Program-made: the position numbers and the translations under genes
Shown: positions 1-9,265 of the stretch, piece by piece
How the letters are laid out: each line of letters opens with the position of its first letter
Numbering within the stretch: the stretch's first letter is position 1
From: an uncultured delta proteobacterium
GTDB lineage: Bacteria; Desulfobacterota; Desulfobaccia; Desulfobaccales; 0-14-0-80-60-11
NCBI GenBank assembly: GCA_963790655.1
Contig: CAWBPT010000013.1
Coordinates: 158,484 to 222,483 of the forward strand
Reading direction: 5' to 3'
DNA: 64,000 nucleotides
The notes under the pieces: generated by a model
Told to the model about the DNA's origin: nothing
Seen by the model: only the letters and a program-made list of their open reading frames with translations
Database searches by the model: none

Positions 1-665
1 GCCTCGATCCGGCGGCGCATGTCCTCGGAGTGGGGCTCCGCGCCGACGAAAGCCAGGCGCAGCGGCAAATCCCGGGGGTCGAGCCCGCTTTTGGCAAAGG
101 TGTTGAGCAGGTACAGGGCGTAGCTGGGGATGATGTGCACCGCGGTGGTGCCGAACTGCTGCATGAGCTGGAGCTGGCGGGCGCTGTTGCCCGCGCCCGC
201 GGGAATGGTCAGGGCTCCCAGGCGCTCGGCCCCGTAGTGAAAACCCAGCCCGCCGGTGAACAGCCCGTAGCCCATCATGTTTTGAAAGACGTCGTCGGCC
301 CGCAGGCCGGCCATGTACATGGAGCGGGCCACCAGGTCGGCCCAGGTGGCGATATCGTGCCGGGTGTAATAGATGACCGTGGCCTGGCCGGTGGTGCCGG
401 AAGAGGCGTGCAGGCGCACGATGTCCGTGAGGGGCACCGTGAGCATCTCGGACCCCCGGGCCCTGAGCTCTTCCTTGGTGGTCACGGGAATGCGGCGGAT
501 ATCTTCCAGGGACTTGAGGTTATCCGCGGATACGCCCGCTTCTTGCAGCCGGGGGCCGTAAAAGGGGCTGCGGGCGGCCCGGGCCAGGGTCTGCCGCAGG
601 CGCTTGAGCTGCAGTCCCTGCAATTCCGGCCCTTTCAAGGTTTCAATGACTTTATCCCAATACAA
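1..665 (-). CDS. phenylacetate-CoA ligase family protein (PaaK / F390-synthetase-like); C-terminal part lies outside the window
   Basis: Absent from the ORF track because it runs off the window edge. Reverse-complement translation reads M(TTG)YWDKVIETLKGPELQGLQLKRLRQTLARAARSPFYGPRLQEAGVSADNLKSLEDIRRIPVTTKEELR...VRLHASSGTTGQATVIYYTRHDIATWADLVARSMYMAGL. It carries the SSGTTG AMP-binding motif. The TTG start (complement of 663-665) lies 6 nt after AAGGAG. I checked that the frame is consistent between the start and the SSGTTG region. Confidence 0.8.
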   Translation of the reverse strand, partial: MYWDKVIETLKGPELQGLQLKRLRQTLARAARSPFYGPRLQEAGVSADNLKSLEDIRRIPVTTKEELRARGSEMLTVPLTDIVRLHASSGTTGQATVIYYTRHDIATWADLVARSMYMAGLRADDVFQNMMGYGLFTGGLGFHYGAERLGALTIPAGAGNSARQLQLMQQFGTTAVHIIPSYALYLLNTFAKSGLDPRDLPLRLAFVGAEPHSEDMRRRIE

Positions 666-1153
666 CGTCTTCTCCTTGAGCTCGCCGCTGGGAGGATAGA
701 CCGGCTGGAAAGGAATTGTAGAGACGCCGGGGCTTGCAAGAAAACGGCGGGTCCGCAGGCCCACCGGAGAAAATTATATAATCTTTTTCCCGGCCTGCCA
801 ACCGGGGTGATTTGAGGCCCCGGGAAAGTGCTTTCCCAGTGCAAGGGCTTGGGCCCGACGGCCCCTCACCATCCCTTTCTGGAACCAAGCACCACCCCAC
901 TCCGCAATGACTTCATAATCCCCCTAAATCCCCCTTTAGGAAAGGGGGACTTAAAAGAACGCAATTTCTTGGTTAATCAGCAACTTCCCTTCATCCCCCC
1001 TTTTCTAACGGGGGGATAGAGGGGGGATTATAGATAACGACATCAGGCGACACCAGGCTAATTTTATATAGACCGCCCCCTTTTCCGACTTTTTTCAGAG
1101 GTCTCGCTTATCCAAAAATTTTCCCCGGCCCTCCCCTCAAAATTACTTTTTGA

Positions 1154-1672
1154 TTACCCCTCGCCTTCCAGAAAAAACCGCCACTGGCAGAACATCTCCG
1201 GCGGGTGGGGATCCGGCGGCGCAAAGATGCATTCGGTGCGGATGCGGGGGTCGATTTCCCGGGCAAAACTCTCAAACTCCGCCCGATGCATCTCTTTACA
1301 GCGGTACTCTTCGAGCCCCCGCTGGAGGCGGGCCACCTGGGTGGGGCAAGAGGGCACGGTGATGACCACTTCGTCGGGCTGCTGCTCAATCCGGTACCCC
1401 ACCAGAATATGCCAGGGCCAGTAATGCATGGCCTGGACGAAACCCGCCAATCCCCGCTCCCGGATCTCGAATTTGTTTATCAGGTCTCTGACGGCCAGGG
1501 CCGGGACTTTGCCCCAGACTTTTTCGTTCACCCGGTCCGCGGCGCCTTCGCCGTAGAGCTCGGCGAGGTAGATGTACCAGAAGGAGTCCATCACCCGGTA
1601 GTGCCAGAGCAGGAACTCGATATAGCGCCGCAACTCCGGGGCCGTCATGCCTTGAAACATCGCCAGGTTCAT
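1154..1672 (-). CDS. hypothetical protein (possibly DUF6125-like)
   Basis: 172-aa ORF with host-like GC3-rich codon usage, directly downstream of the PaaK-like gene on the same strand. The family name is from memory only. Confidence 0.6.
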   Translation of the reverse strand: MNLAMFQGMTAPELRRYIEFLLWHYRVMDSFWYIYLAELYGEGAADRVNEKVWGKVPALAVRDLINKFEIRERGLAGFVQAMHYWPWHILVGYRIEQQPDEVVITVPSCPTQVARLQRGLEEYRCKEMHRAEFESFAREIDPRIRTECIFAPPDPHPPEMFCQWRFFLEGEG

Positions 1673-2044
1673 AAGTTCCCTTCCTTGATCTGAAAATAGC
1701 CAGCCGCGGCCAACTTCCCTTCTTCAGCCCAGGGCCGCATCGGCGCCGGCGCCCATCCTCCCGGGGGCGGCGCGTCCACTGAGCCCCTGGGATCATTGCA
1801 ACTGATTCATTATACTTCCAAATAACTTTTCAGACCATGGGGCTTCCGGACCCTCTCAACCGTGCCCCGCTTATTCCCGAAAAAAATTTTATCACCCTTG
1901 ATTCTTCATTTTTGGTAATTATTACTAAAAAGGAATTTATATTTATTTAGAGATGAAGTCAGTCTTAGAGCCCGGCCTTCCAGGCCCAGTTAGTTTATGG
2001 CCGGGCAGAACTTCTGGAGAATTTGAACCGCCAGGGAGGAAAAG

Positions 2045-2266
2045 ATGTCCAAGCCCGAAGAAATGTGGCAGTGCCAGGTCACCAACTGCGGTTACATTTA
2101 CGACCCGGCCCGCGGGGATAAGAAAGGGAAAATCCCCCCGGGGACCCGGTTTGAGGATCTGCCGGAGGACTGGAAATGTCCTTGCTGCGGGGCCTCCAAG
2201 CAGATGTTCCGGCCCCTGGCCGGACCGGGTTCGGTGGCGGAGCAGCAGGATAAATGCTCCCATTGA
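2045..2266 (+). CDS. rubredoxin
   Basis: [18 protein letters not shown]...[21 protein letters not shown] shows the two CxxC iron-binding knuckles in classic rubredoxin spacing. Confidence 0.9.
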   Translation: MSKPEEMWQCQVTNCGYIYDPARGDKKGKIPPGTRFEDLPEDWKCPCCGASKQMFRPLAGPGSVAEQQDKCSH

Positions 2267-2313
2267 CCGGGCGCCACCAGCCGGTTGGCACCGGGGCCGG
2301 CTCTGGAGGGAAT

Positions 2314-2350
2314 GGGGTTAGGCCCCGACGCCTAACCCCTGGCTTTCCTT
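2314..2350 (+). terminator. hairpin terminator after rubredoxin
   Basis: ggggttaggc-cccgac-gcctaacccc forms a perfect 10-bp stem followed by tggctttcctt. The same stem sequence recurs at 27062-27087. Confidence 0.5.
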
Positions 2351-2881
2351 CGGCCTGATACCACCAAAAATTGAGGGTCGGGTAGAACCATCCTCAAAAT
2401 ACCGGCTATTTCGAAGCTTGGAAATCGTTTAGGGGAAAGGCCCAGACTCTAGCTCGTACAGGTTAGCGCGATCAGGAACAGCAATAGGGCTCCGGAAAAG
2501 ATGATAACAGGTTTCGTTAATAACCCATGCACCTTGTCAATCATTTTGCCTTCCATGTCCACCCCTTTTTTAGGAAATATTTGGCAAGTTGCAGATTTGA
2601 TGCCAACTAGCCTTGGTGCGGTATTGCAAGGAATCCAAGGCGGGCGATGGAGATCCCTGGACTTGTCTGTTCCATTAGTTAAACATTGTGGGGGCGGACT
2701 TGAACCTCCTTCCCGGGGCGCGGTGGCCGCGATACCCAACCCTCGGTTTTTCAGTGGCTGGACCGCAAAGTTATGGAAAAATTTTTGACCATAATTCATT
2801 GACCTGCCATCTGCTCAACTTATGTTTCTCTTAGGAAATGAACGCCGTCCACATCCACGTCTGAGCGAGGGAGTCTAAGCC

Positions 2882-5593
2882 ATGAGGCAAAGGTTTCGGT
2901 GCACCAAACCCGGGGAACGGCGCCGGCCGCCCGGCGGACCCGGCCGCGGGAAAATCGCCGCGCTCTTTTTGCTGGCGGCCCTGCTGGCCTGTGGCACGGG
3001 GGAGCGCCAGGCCCCGGTATTACGAGCCACCCTGGACAACGGCCTGCGGGTGGTGATTGTGCCCAATCCCATTGCTCCCGTGGCCACCCTGGTGATCAAC
3101 TATCTGGTGGGGTCAAACGAGTCGCCTCCCGGGTTCCCGGGGATGGCCCACGCCCAGGAACACATGATGTTCCGCGGCAGTCCGGGCCTGTCGGCCAACC
3201 AGCTGGCGACCCTCATCACCGCCCTGGGCGGAGTGTTCAATGCCGATACCCAGCAGGCGGTCACCCAGTACTTTTTCACGGTACCGGCCGCTGACCTGGA
3301 GGTGGCCTTGCACCTGGAAGCCATCCGCATGGGCGGCGTGCTGGACAGTGAAGAGCTCTGGGCCCAGGAGCGGGGCGCCATTAAGCAGGAGGTGGCCCAG
3401 GATCTGTCCAATCCGGAGTTCGTGTTTTATACCAAACTGCTGGCGGCCATGTTCAAGGGGACGCCCTATGCCCACAGCCCTTTGGGCACCGATGCCTCCT
3501 TCGATAAGACCACCGGCGCCATGCTCCATGATTTTTATGACGCCTGGTACGCGCCCAACAATGCCATTGTGGTGATTGCCGGGGACGTGGACCCCCAAAA
3601 GACGCTAACTTCCGTTAAAGGATTATTTGGCGCCATTCCCGGCAAACAGCTTCCCTCCCGGCCGCCCGTTAATCTGGAGCCGGTCATGGCCGAAGAGCTC
3701 CGGCTCAAAACCGACTTGCCTTACGGGTTGGCCGTCGTCGCCTTCCGCCTGCCCGGCTACGCCAGCACCGACTACGCCGCCTCCCAGGTGCTGGCCGACG
3801 TGTTGAACAGTCAGCGGGGGGACCTATACGACCTCACGGTCTCAGGAAAAGCATTGACCACCGGCTTCTCCTTGAACCCCCTGCCTCAGGCGGGCCTGGG
3901 CTTTGCCTTGGCCGCCTTTCCCCAGGGCGGGGATTCCCAGGCCCTGCTCCGGGAAGTTAAAGACGTCCTTACGGGCCTCGTGAACAAAGGGATTCCCGCC
4001 GACCTGGTGGCAGCCGCCAAGAACCATGCGAAAGCAGACGCGGAGTATCAAAAAAATTCGGTGTCCGGGCTGGCCATGACGTGGTCCCAGGCCCTGGCGG
4101 TGGAAGGCCGGCAGTCTCCCGAGGACAACGTTAAGGCCATTGAAAAGGTGACAGTGGCGGACGTGGAGCGCCTCGCCCGCCAATACCTGGTTCTCGATCA
4201 CGCGGTGACCGCCATCCTCACCCCCGAGGTCTCCGGCAAACCCGTGGCCGCCACAGGCGCCGCCCGGCAGGAATCCATCAAACTTAAGCCCACCCAAACC
4301 GCAGCGCTGCCCCAGTGGGCCCAGAGCACCCTGAAGCGCCTATCTATTCCCGAGTCCATGGTCCATCCGGTGGTGAGCACCCTGCCCAACGGCATCAAAC
4401 TTATCGTGCAGCCCGAGTCCGTCAGCCGCACCATCAGCGTTTACGGCCGCATCAAAAACCAGCCGGATTTGCAGGTGCCCCCAGGCCAGGAGGGGGTGGA
4501 CCAGGTGCTGGACCAGCTTTTTTCATACGGCACCGCCTCCCTCGACCGGTTGGCCTTTCAGAAAGCCCTGGATGAAATTGCCGCGCAAGTCTCCCCGGGA
4601 ACCTCTTTTTCCTTGAAGGTGCTCCAAGAGCACTTCGAGCGCGGGGTGCAACTGTTGGCGGACAACGAGCTCCATGCCGCTCTGCCTGAAGACGCGTTTA
4701 ACATCGTCCGCACCCAGGTGGCCGCCGCGGTGGCCGGCCAGCTGCAAAGTCCGGCTTATCTGACCAATCGGGCCCTCAAGGGAGCTCTCTATCCCCCCAA
4801 CGACCCCACCCTGCGCCAACCTACGCCCGCCAGCGTCTCCAGCCTGACGCGGCAGCAGGTTCAGGAATACTACCGGAAGGTGTTTCGGCCCGATCTGACC
4901 TCCATCGTGGTTATCGGCCAGGTGACCCCGGAGCGGGCCAAGGCGGTTTTGGAGAAATATTTCGGCCCCTGGCAGGCAAGCGGCCCCAAACCGGACACCT
5001 TGCTGCCGCCCGTACCGCCCAACCGTCCGGCCACCGTTGCCGTCCCGGACGTAAGCCGGGTGCAGGACAAGGTCATCCTGGCGGAAACCCTGGGACTGAC
5101 GAGGTCCAACCCCGACTACTATGCCCTGGTGCTGGGCAACCGGGTGCTGGGCGGCGGCTTTTACGCCTCCCGGCTGTATCGAGAACTGCGGGAACAAAGC
5201 GGCCTGGTCTATCATGTGGGGGTGGCGGTTGACGCCAACCAGACTCGCGCCGTTTACACCGTAGATTACGCCTGTAATCCCGACAACGTCGCCAAAGCCC
5301 GGGGTATCGTGGAACGCAATTTAGTGGAGATGCAGAGCCAGTCGGTGCCTCCCGACGAACTGCGGCAGGCCAAGGCGATGCTTTTGCGGGAGATCCCCCT
5401 GGCCGAATCCAGCCTGGCGAGCATCGCCCATGGCCTCCTTTCCCGGACGGTCCTGGACCTGCCCCTCAATGAACCCGCCATTGCCGCCCAACACTATTGG
5501 GAGATGACCGCGGAGCAAGTCCAGTCGGCCTTTGCCAAATGGCTGCGCCTGACGGATCTGGTGCAAATCACCGAAGGGCCGAAAGTCCGGTAA
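2882..5593 (+). CDS. M16 family zinc peptidase (pitrilysin/insulinase-like), two tandem M16 units, probable lipoprotein
   Basis: Inverted zinc motif HAQEHMMFRG (HxxEH) sits near the N-terminus. The N-terminus reads LLAALLACGTG, which is lipobox-like. 903 aa fits two M16 active/inactive domain pairs. Confidence 0.9.
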   Translation: MRQRFRCTKPGERRRPPGGPGRGKIAALFLLAALLACGTGERQAPVLRATLDNGLRVVIVPNPIAPVATLVINYLVGSNESPPGFPGMAHAQEHMMFRGSPGLSANQLATLITALGGVFNADTQQAVTQYFFTVPAADLEVALHLEAIRMGGVLDSEELWAQERGAIKQEVAQDLSNPEFVFYTKLLAAMFKGTPYAHSPLGTDASFDKTTGAMLHDFYDAWYAPNNAIVVIAGDVDPQKTLTSVKGLFGAIPGKQLPSRPPVNLEPVMAEELRLKTDLPYGLAVVAFRLPGYASTDYAASQVLADVLNSQRGDLYDLTVSGKALTTGFSLNPLPQAGLGFALAAFPQGGDSQALLREVKDVLTGLVNKGIPADLVAAAKNHAKADAEYQKNSVSGLAMTWSQALAVEGRQSPEDNVKAIEKVTVADVERLARQYLVLDHAVTAILTPEVSGKPVAATGAARQESIKLKPTQTAALPQWAQSTLKRLSIPESMVHPVVSTLPNGIKLIVQPESVSRTISVYGRIKNQPDLQVPPGQEGVDQVLDQLFSYGTASLDRLAFQKALDEIAAQVSPGTSFSLKVLQEHFERGVQLLADNELHAALPEDAFNIVRTQVAAAVAGQLQSPAYLTNRALKGALYPPNDPTLRQPTPASVSSLTRQQVQEYYRKVFRPDLTSIVVIGQVTPERAKAVLEKYFGPWQASGPKPDTLLPPVPPNRPATVAVPDVSRVQDKVILAETLGLTRSNPDYYALVLGNRVLGGGFYASRLYRELREQSGLVYHVGVAVDANQTRAVYTVDYACNPDNVAKARGIVERNLVEMQSQSVPPDELRQAKAMLLREIPLAESSLASIAHGLLSRTVLDLPLNEPAIAAQHYWEMTAEQVQSAFAKWLRLTDLVQITEGPKVR

Positions 5594-5691
5594 GATTTCA
5601 GATTATTAGCCGGTTATGGCAGCATTGCTCTTAAGCCTTTTTAGCCGCCGTGTTTATGCCCCCCTTTTCTAAAGAGGGGTTAGGGCATTAG

Positions 5692-5906
5692 GGTCCGGCG
5701 GGGATTTTGCGTCTTGATAACTCGTTCCCAAGCTCTGCTTGGGCTCACCTGCGATTATCCTTAATATCGCCCAAACTCCTAAATTCGCTCAGGCAGGAAA
5801 AATTCCCCCCTCACCCCAACTCTCTCGCCCCGCAGGCGGGTGGAGAGGGAGATTTAACAAGTTGGCGAATTTCTTCGGAACGCCAGGTAATTAGTGGCCC
5901 AGGTCT
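5692..5906 (+). repeat. dispersed repeat family R2, copy 1 (the two hairpins are collapsed into one)
   Basis: It aligns by eye along its whole length with the reverse complement of 48651-48910, for example cccctcaccccaac..ctctc.ccccgca.gcgggtggagagggagatttaac. Confidence 0.7.
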
Positions 5907-6258
5907 CGCCTGTGCCACTTGTGTTAATTTGTATAAGAGCCCCCCGACAGCAGGCGTCTCGGCAGCCTGGCGCCCAAGGTTTCCAGGCTCTCCCTCCCCC
6001 CGACAGTTTTCTGAGAAAAGTTCATGCACATACCGTCCTGGCCGTCCAAAAATATGAATTTAACCACAGGTATTTCTAGGGAAGGTAGCCCCTAAAATGT
6101 TCACCTTGTTGAACAATTGTCTATATCCGGTAATTGCCTTAACATACTGTTTTATTTGATATTAAATCCATTCATCAATCAGATTGTCCATGATTTAGAA
6201 CGTTGTCCATAAAACAGGATAGTTAATTAATTACAACAATATCAATCGGATATGCCAT

Positions 6259-6274
6259 TGGCACAATAACTGCT
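6259..6274 (+). promoter_or_regulatory. sigma-54 (-24/-12) promoter candidate
   Basis: TGGCACaataaCTGCt has GG and GC separated by exactly 10 nt, as in TGGCAC-N5-TTGC. The identical 24-nt block gccattggcacaataactgcttta recurs at 7171-7194. Confidence 0.55.
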
Positions 6275-6431
6275 TTATCAACCGGCGATGTGGGGGTCAC
6301 ATTAAGCCAGAGATGCTGGCAAAAAGCAAAAATGGGGCGGGACTCCTCACACCCGCCCCGTCTACCGAATTTGATAAGCGGACCGGTCTTTTTGGAGGCA
6401 GGTCAACTCGATTAAACCAGGACGGACTTCA

Positions 6432-6599
6432 ATGCCCGCTCATAACGCCAATTTCGGCACCGACCCCGCGGTCACCGGCCCCTTTGACGGCTGGGTTCCG
6501 GTGCCTGACACCCAGACTGTCCCCATCCCGCCCGCCGCACTTCTCCCGGACAGCGGTTTGGTGGAGTTTGTCGGGCGGCACCCCAGGTCAGCCGGATGA
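6432..6599 (+). CDS. small ORF (55 aa) with a degenerate PEP-CTERM-like tail; possibly a gene remnant
   Basis: MPAHNANFGTDPAVTGPFDGWVPVPDTQTVPIPPAALLPDSGLVEFVGRHPRSAG. Compare VPIPPAALL..SGL with VPLPPSVLLLGSGLLGL at 9389-10141. It lies about 160 nt downstream of the 6259 promoter, has a weak RBS, and is below the track cutoff. Confidence 0.25.
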   Translation: MPAHNANFGTDPAVTGPFDGWVPVPDTQTVPIPPAALLPDSGLVEFVGRHPRSAG

Positions 6600-7175
6600 G
6601 CTTTAATCAGCCCGGTATAGTCTTTTGGGATGAGCTGGATAATTCGGAAAATTCTCCTGCCGAGTCACCTTCTCACCTGCCCACGCCTAGGCCAAACCAG
6701 GCGCCAGTGGGAGGCTTAAGAGCGGGGTGGCGGGTCTCCGCGGCTGGCACTGCGTCACTGCTGCCCTCTTGGCTTCTGTTCAAAATATCTTTCTCTAACC
6801 ATGTGAGCCTCAAACCAAGGCGATGGCATCAACCCCTTACCGGAGGGGGCGGGATCCCTCCCACCCGCCCCTTCTGCCCAATCCAACCAGAAAGGATAAA
6901 GACCCCGTGCGACTGAACGCGCGCCCTGAAGCTCAAGCCCCCCGTAGCCGGCGGCCCAGGGCGGCTTCCCCATCCCGGTGGCCGGGATGGCCGGACCTGG
7001 CAGAACCGGCCTTGCCGGAGACAGGAAGGAAAGCTAGCCACGCTGGGCCTGGCAGTGGTGCCCCGCTTCTGAAGCCGCGAATTTGTTCATTTTATTAAAC
7101 AGCAGGTTTAAGAGATTGGACAATTATTTTAAGACCACTTTAATAATATTCAGTAATATCCGATATATACGCCAT

Positions 7176-7191
7176 TGGCACAATAACTGCT
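7176..7191 (+). promoter_or_regulatory. sigma-54 (-24/-12) promoter candidate for the PEP-CTERM gene
   Basis: TGGCACaataaCTGCt has correct spacing. It sits about 140 nt upstream of the ATG at 7331. Confidence 0.6.
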
Positions 7192-7330
7192 TTAAAGAAA
7201 AGCGGTCTCAGAAGAATTTATCCGTAAGAGCCAAACCCGATTGAAGAAGGGCGACTTTCGAGAACCGAATTATTCGAGGTTCACAAAAATTTATCTTGGG
7301 CGGACCAAGAGATTTCAGGAGGAAGGGAAA

Positions 7331-8206
7331 ATGAAGCGGTATTTACCAGTGATGGCGGCGTTGGCGGTCCTTTTGTGGCTCCCGGCCGGGGCCTCGGCCT
7401 ACGACATCCAATTTGGCGATGTGAATTCGGATCTTTCTTGGGTGGAGACGTCAGTAGGCGACTCCTCTGGAGACTATAATACTTATACTCCTTCTGGATC
7501 TTCACATCAAAGTCCACCAACTTCAGGCGTCCCTTACGGGGCCGGGGCCACGAGCCTGGCTACGGATCCGTTCTTTTATCCGAACAGTTCAGTCTCAGCC
7601 AACTGTGCCGTCATTGTCTCGCAACCCCAGGTGCAATGGGGTTCCGGGGGGGTGGGGAAAGACACCTATTTCACCATCAATATCAATTCTAGCCTTATGT
7701 GGCAGCTCGCCACCGACCAAGTGGATGGTTCTTACATCTATTCAGCGATGGTGACGCCAACATTTCTAGCTACCCGAGAAAATAATGGCACTCCCCAGCT
7801 AAAGATATCTGTTTCCCGGGGGGGAACGGGTAGTGATGTCATGTCGGCCGGTGGTGACTTTTATGCCTATGTCCCCGGCTCTTCAAAGATTAACCCCATT
7901 GGAGATAGTGGTTTCAGTGTGGATGCCTCCGGCCCCACCCTGGTACCCGTGACGGACCTGGACGCCTTCCTCAACAATCCAAGCCTATATTGGAGCCTTT
8001 CCTTGTCCCTGATGAATATGGGCTTCCCGAGTGGGGAGGATGGCAGTGCAGACCCGTGGGTCTCAGTGAGGCTGGACCTGATCGAGCCCGATATGACCAA
8101 CCCCGACCCGGCGCCGGTGCCCCCCTCCCTGCTCCTGCTGGGGAGTGGCCTTTTGACCCTGGCCCTGGCCCGCCGCCGGCACAAGGGCCACCGCCAGGTT
8201 GGTTAA
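7331..8206 (+). CDS. PEP-CTERM sorting-domain secreted protein
   Basis: Signal peptide MKRYLPVMAALAVLLWLPAGASA. C-terminus PAPVPPSLLLLGSGLLTLALARRRHKG, i.e. P-x-P motif, TM helix and Arg cluster. RBS ggaggaagggaaaATG. The track ORF start at 7241 (TTG) is judged an upstream over-extension. Confidence 0.8.
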   Translation: MKRYLPVMAALAVLLWLPAGASAYDIQFGDVNSDLSWVETSVGDSSGDYNTYTPSGSSHQSPPTSGVPYGAGATSLATDPFFYPNSSVSANCAVIVSQPQVQWGSGGVGKDTYFTININSSLMWQLATDQVDGSYIYSAMVTPTFLATRENNGTPQLKISVSRGGTGSDVMSAGGDFYAYVPGSSKINPIGDSGFSVDASGPTLVPVTDLDAFLNNPSLYWSLSLSLMNMGFPSGEDGSADPWVSVRLDLIEPDMTNPDPAPVPPSLLLLGSGLLTLALARRRHKGHRQVG

Positions 8207-8265
8207 AAAGGACGGAGGGCCGGACTGGACCGGATAGGGCAATAACTTAAATTTCCATGATATGA

Positions 8266-8299
8266 AGGCAGGGTCAGCCATGGCCCTGCCTTTTTTTTT
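8266..8299 (+). terminator. rho-independent terminator
   Basis: aggcaggg-loop-ccctgcct followed by T9. Confidence 0.6.
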
Positions 8300-8412
8300 G
8301 GCGGACCATTAGAACGCCGGGGAAGCCGCGGCAGGGGCTGTGGGGGAGAGAAAGCGGGGCTTTGGAAGGGTTAGCCCCCGGATACCGGGGCAGAACTAAC
8401 CGCTGGCCTGGC

Positions 8413-8670
8413 ATGGAGGCGCCGGCCCGTGGTGAGAGCGGGGAAGGAGAATGGCTCACCCCGGAATACCTGTCCCTGACGGTTAAAGAAATAACCCCAG
8501 ATTCTATTCTTGCTGGCTTGGGACTCAAAGAGGCCAAGGAAAGGTTCGAGATGAACCTGGTGACCGCGGCGTTGAAACGCCACCGGGGAAATCTAAGTTT
8601 GGCCGCCAAGGACCTTAAGACCAGTCGTTCCGCGATATATAACCTCATTCAGAAATTCGGGTTAAATTAA
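8413..8670 (+). CDS. Fis-type HTH (HTH_8) ORF: orphan C-terminal tail of a sigma-54 enhancer-binding protein, or a stand-alone small DNA-binding protein
   Basis: ...LKEAKERFEMNLVTAALKRHRGNLSLAAKDLKTSRSAIYNLIQKFGLN matches the canonical NtrC-family C-terminal HTH. No AAA+ domain lies upstream. Confidence 0.45.
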   Translation: MEAPARGESGEGEWLTPEYLSLTVKEITPDSILAGLGLKEAKERFEMNLVTAALKRHRGNLSLAAKDLKTSRSAIYNLIQKFGLN

Positions 8671-9189
8671 GATTAACTCGGATCTGGCGAGACCTCACCT
8701 CCCCAGGCTTGACCCGACCCTGCAGCGGCCGCGACCCCTGTCTTTTTATGCTCCGAAAAATGATATCCCGATGTAACCCCGGGAATCGGGAGCGTGCCAC
8801 GCTGAAAATTGAGCCATGAGTGTCCGTTAATCAGACAATTCCTGTCCATAATTAAAGAATAAAAATTATATAACTGTCAGAATTTAGGACAATAAATAGG
8901 TACTTTTGCCTATTTATTTTAGATTATTCTTATGTTATTGTAGTAGGCACTGAGAATCGGAAGCGCTGAAACAACACGGTAGTCCATGGTCGTGAGTTTG
9001 CGAAACAGCTAATTTACATGAGCAAACTACCACAGCTACAGAAGGGAACCCATCATGAAGAAAGCGGTTCTGGTATATGTGTGTACGCAATCCGGACAAT
9101 AGGGAGTCGCCCAATCTCAAAATGCAACATTGTAAAAAATTATTTAAACTTATTGACAGGCAAATAAAAGTGTGCTAAAGATATAATCT

Positions 9190-9265
9190 CCAGAATAAGG
9201 CCAAACCCGTTGCGAAGCGGGGACGGAAAGCCACGGGTCTCTCAATAGATAGCCGGGTTGCCTGG
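9190..9265 (+). promoter_or_regulatory. cyclic-di-GMP-I (GEMM-I) class riboswitch aptamer
   Basis: aaGGCCAAACCCGUU[GCGA]AGCGGGGACGGAAAGCCACGGGUCUCUCAAUAGAUAGCCGGGUUGCC. It has a 6-bp stem capped by a GNRA tetraloop and the conserved GGGACG.AAAGCC and AGCCGGGUUGCC blocks. The closing helix is GGC(C)AAAC/GUUGCC. Confidence 0.8.

Noticed and set aside
30-815. 261-aa plus-strand ORF at the window start
   Set aside because: It is the antisense shadow of the PaaK-like gene. Its Gly/Ala/Arg/Pro-rich composition is typical of wrong-strand ORFs in GC-rich DNA. The minus strand gives a clean AMP-ligase sequence with the SSGTTG motif.
2449-2799. 116-aa minus-strand ORF between the rubredoxin and M16 peptidase genes
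   Set aside because: Most of it has no coding character. Only the last ~35 codons (MEGKMIDKVHGLLTKPVIIFSGALLLFLIALTCTS) look like a possible small membrane peptide, which is too weak to call.
7205-7300. Possible second GEMM-like riboswitch upstream of 7331 (agccaaacccgattgaagaagggcgac...)
   Set aside because: Only the CCAAACCC word is shared with the riboswitch. The GGGACG.AAAGCC and AGCCGGGUU.CC blocks and the GNRA-capped stem are missing. There is a hairpin (gaaccgaat/attcgaggttc) but no U-tract.
7241-7330. TTG-initiated 30-codon N-terminal extension of the first PEP-CTERM protein
   Set aside because: The ATG at 7331 has a strong SD (ggaggaaggg) and is followed directly by a canonical signal peptide. 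The extension would bury that signal peptide.
8274-8648. Similar minus-strand ORFs 8274-8648 and 9953-10411 (MRLYIAERLVLRSLAAKL... / MGLYIAERLVLRALAAKL...)
   Set aside because: Their similarity simply reflects the DNA duplication. The plus strand of the same segment encodes a textbook Fis-type HTH, so the minus-strand frames are artefacts.
9153-9187. Sigma-70 promoter TTGACA ... TATAAT upstream of the riboswitch
   Set aside because: The two perfect hexamers are 23 nt apart, far from the 17 +/- 1 optimum. An alternative -10 (TAAAGA at 17 nt) is weak. A promoter probably exists here but I cannot place it.
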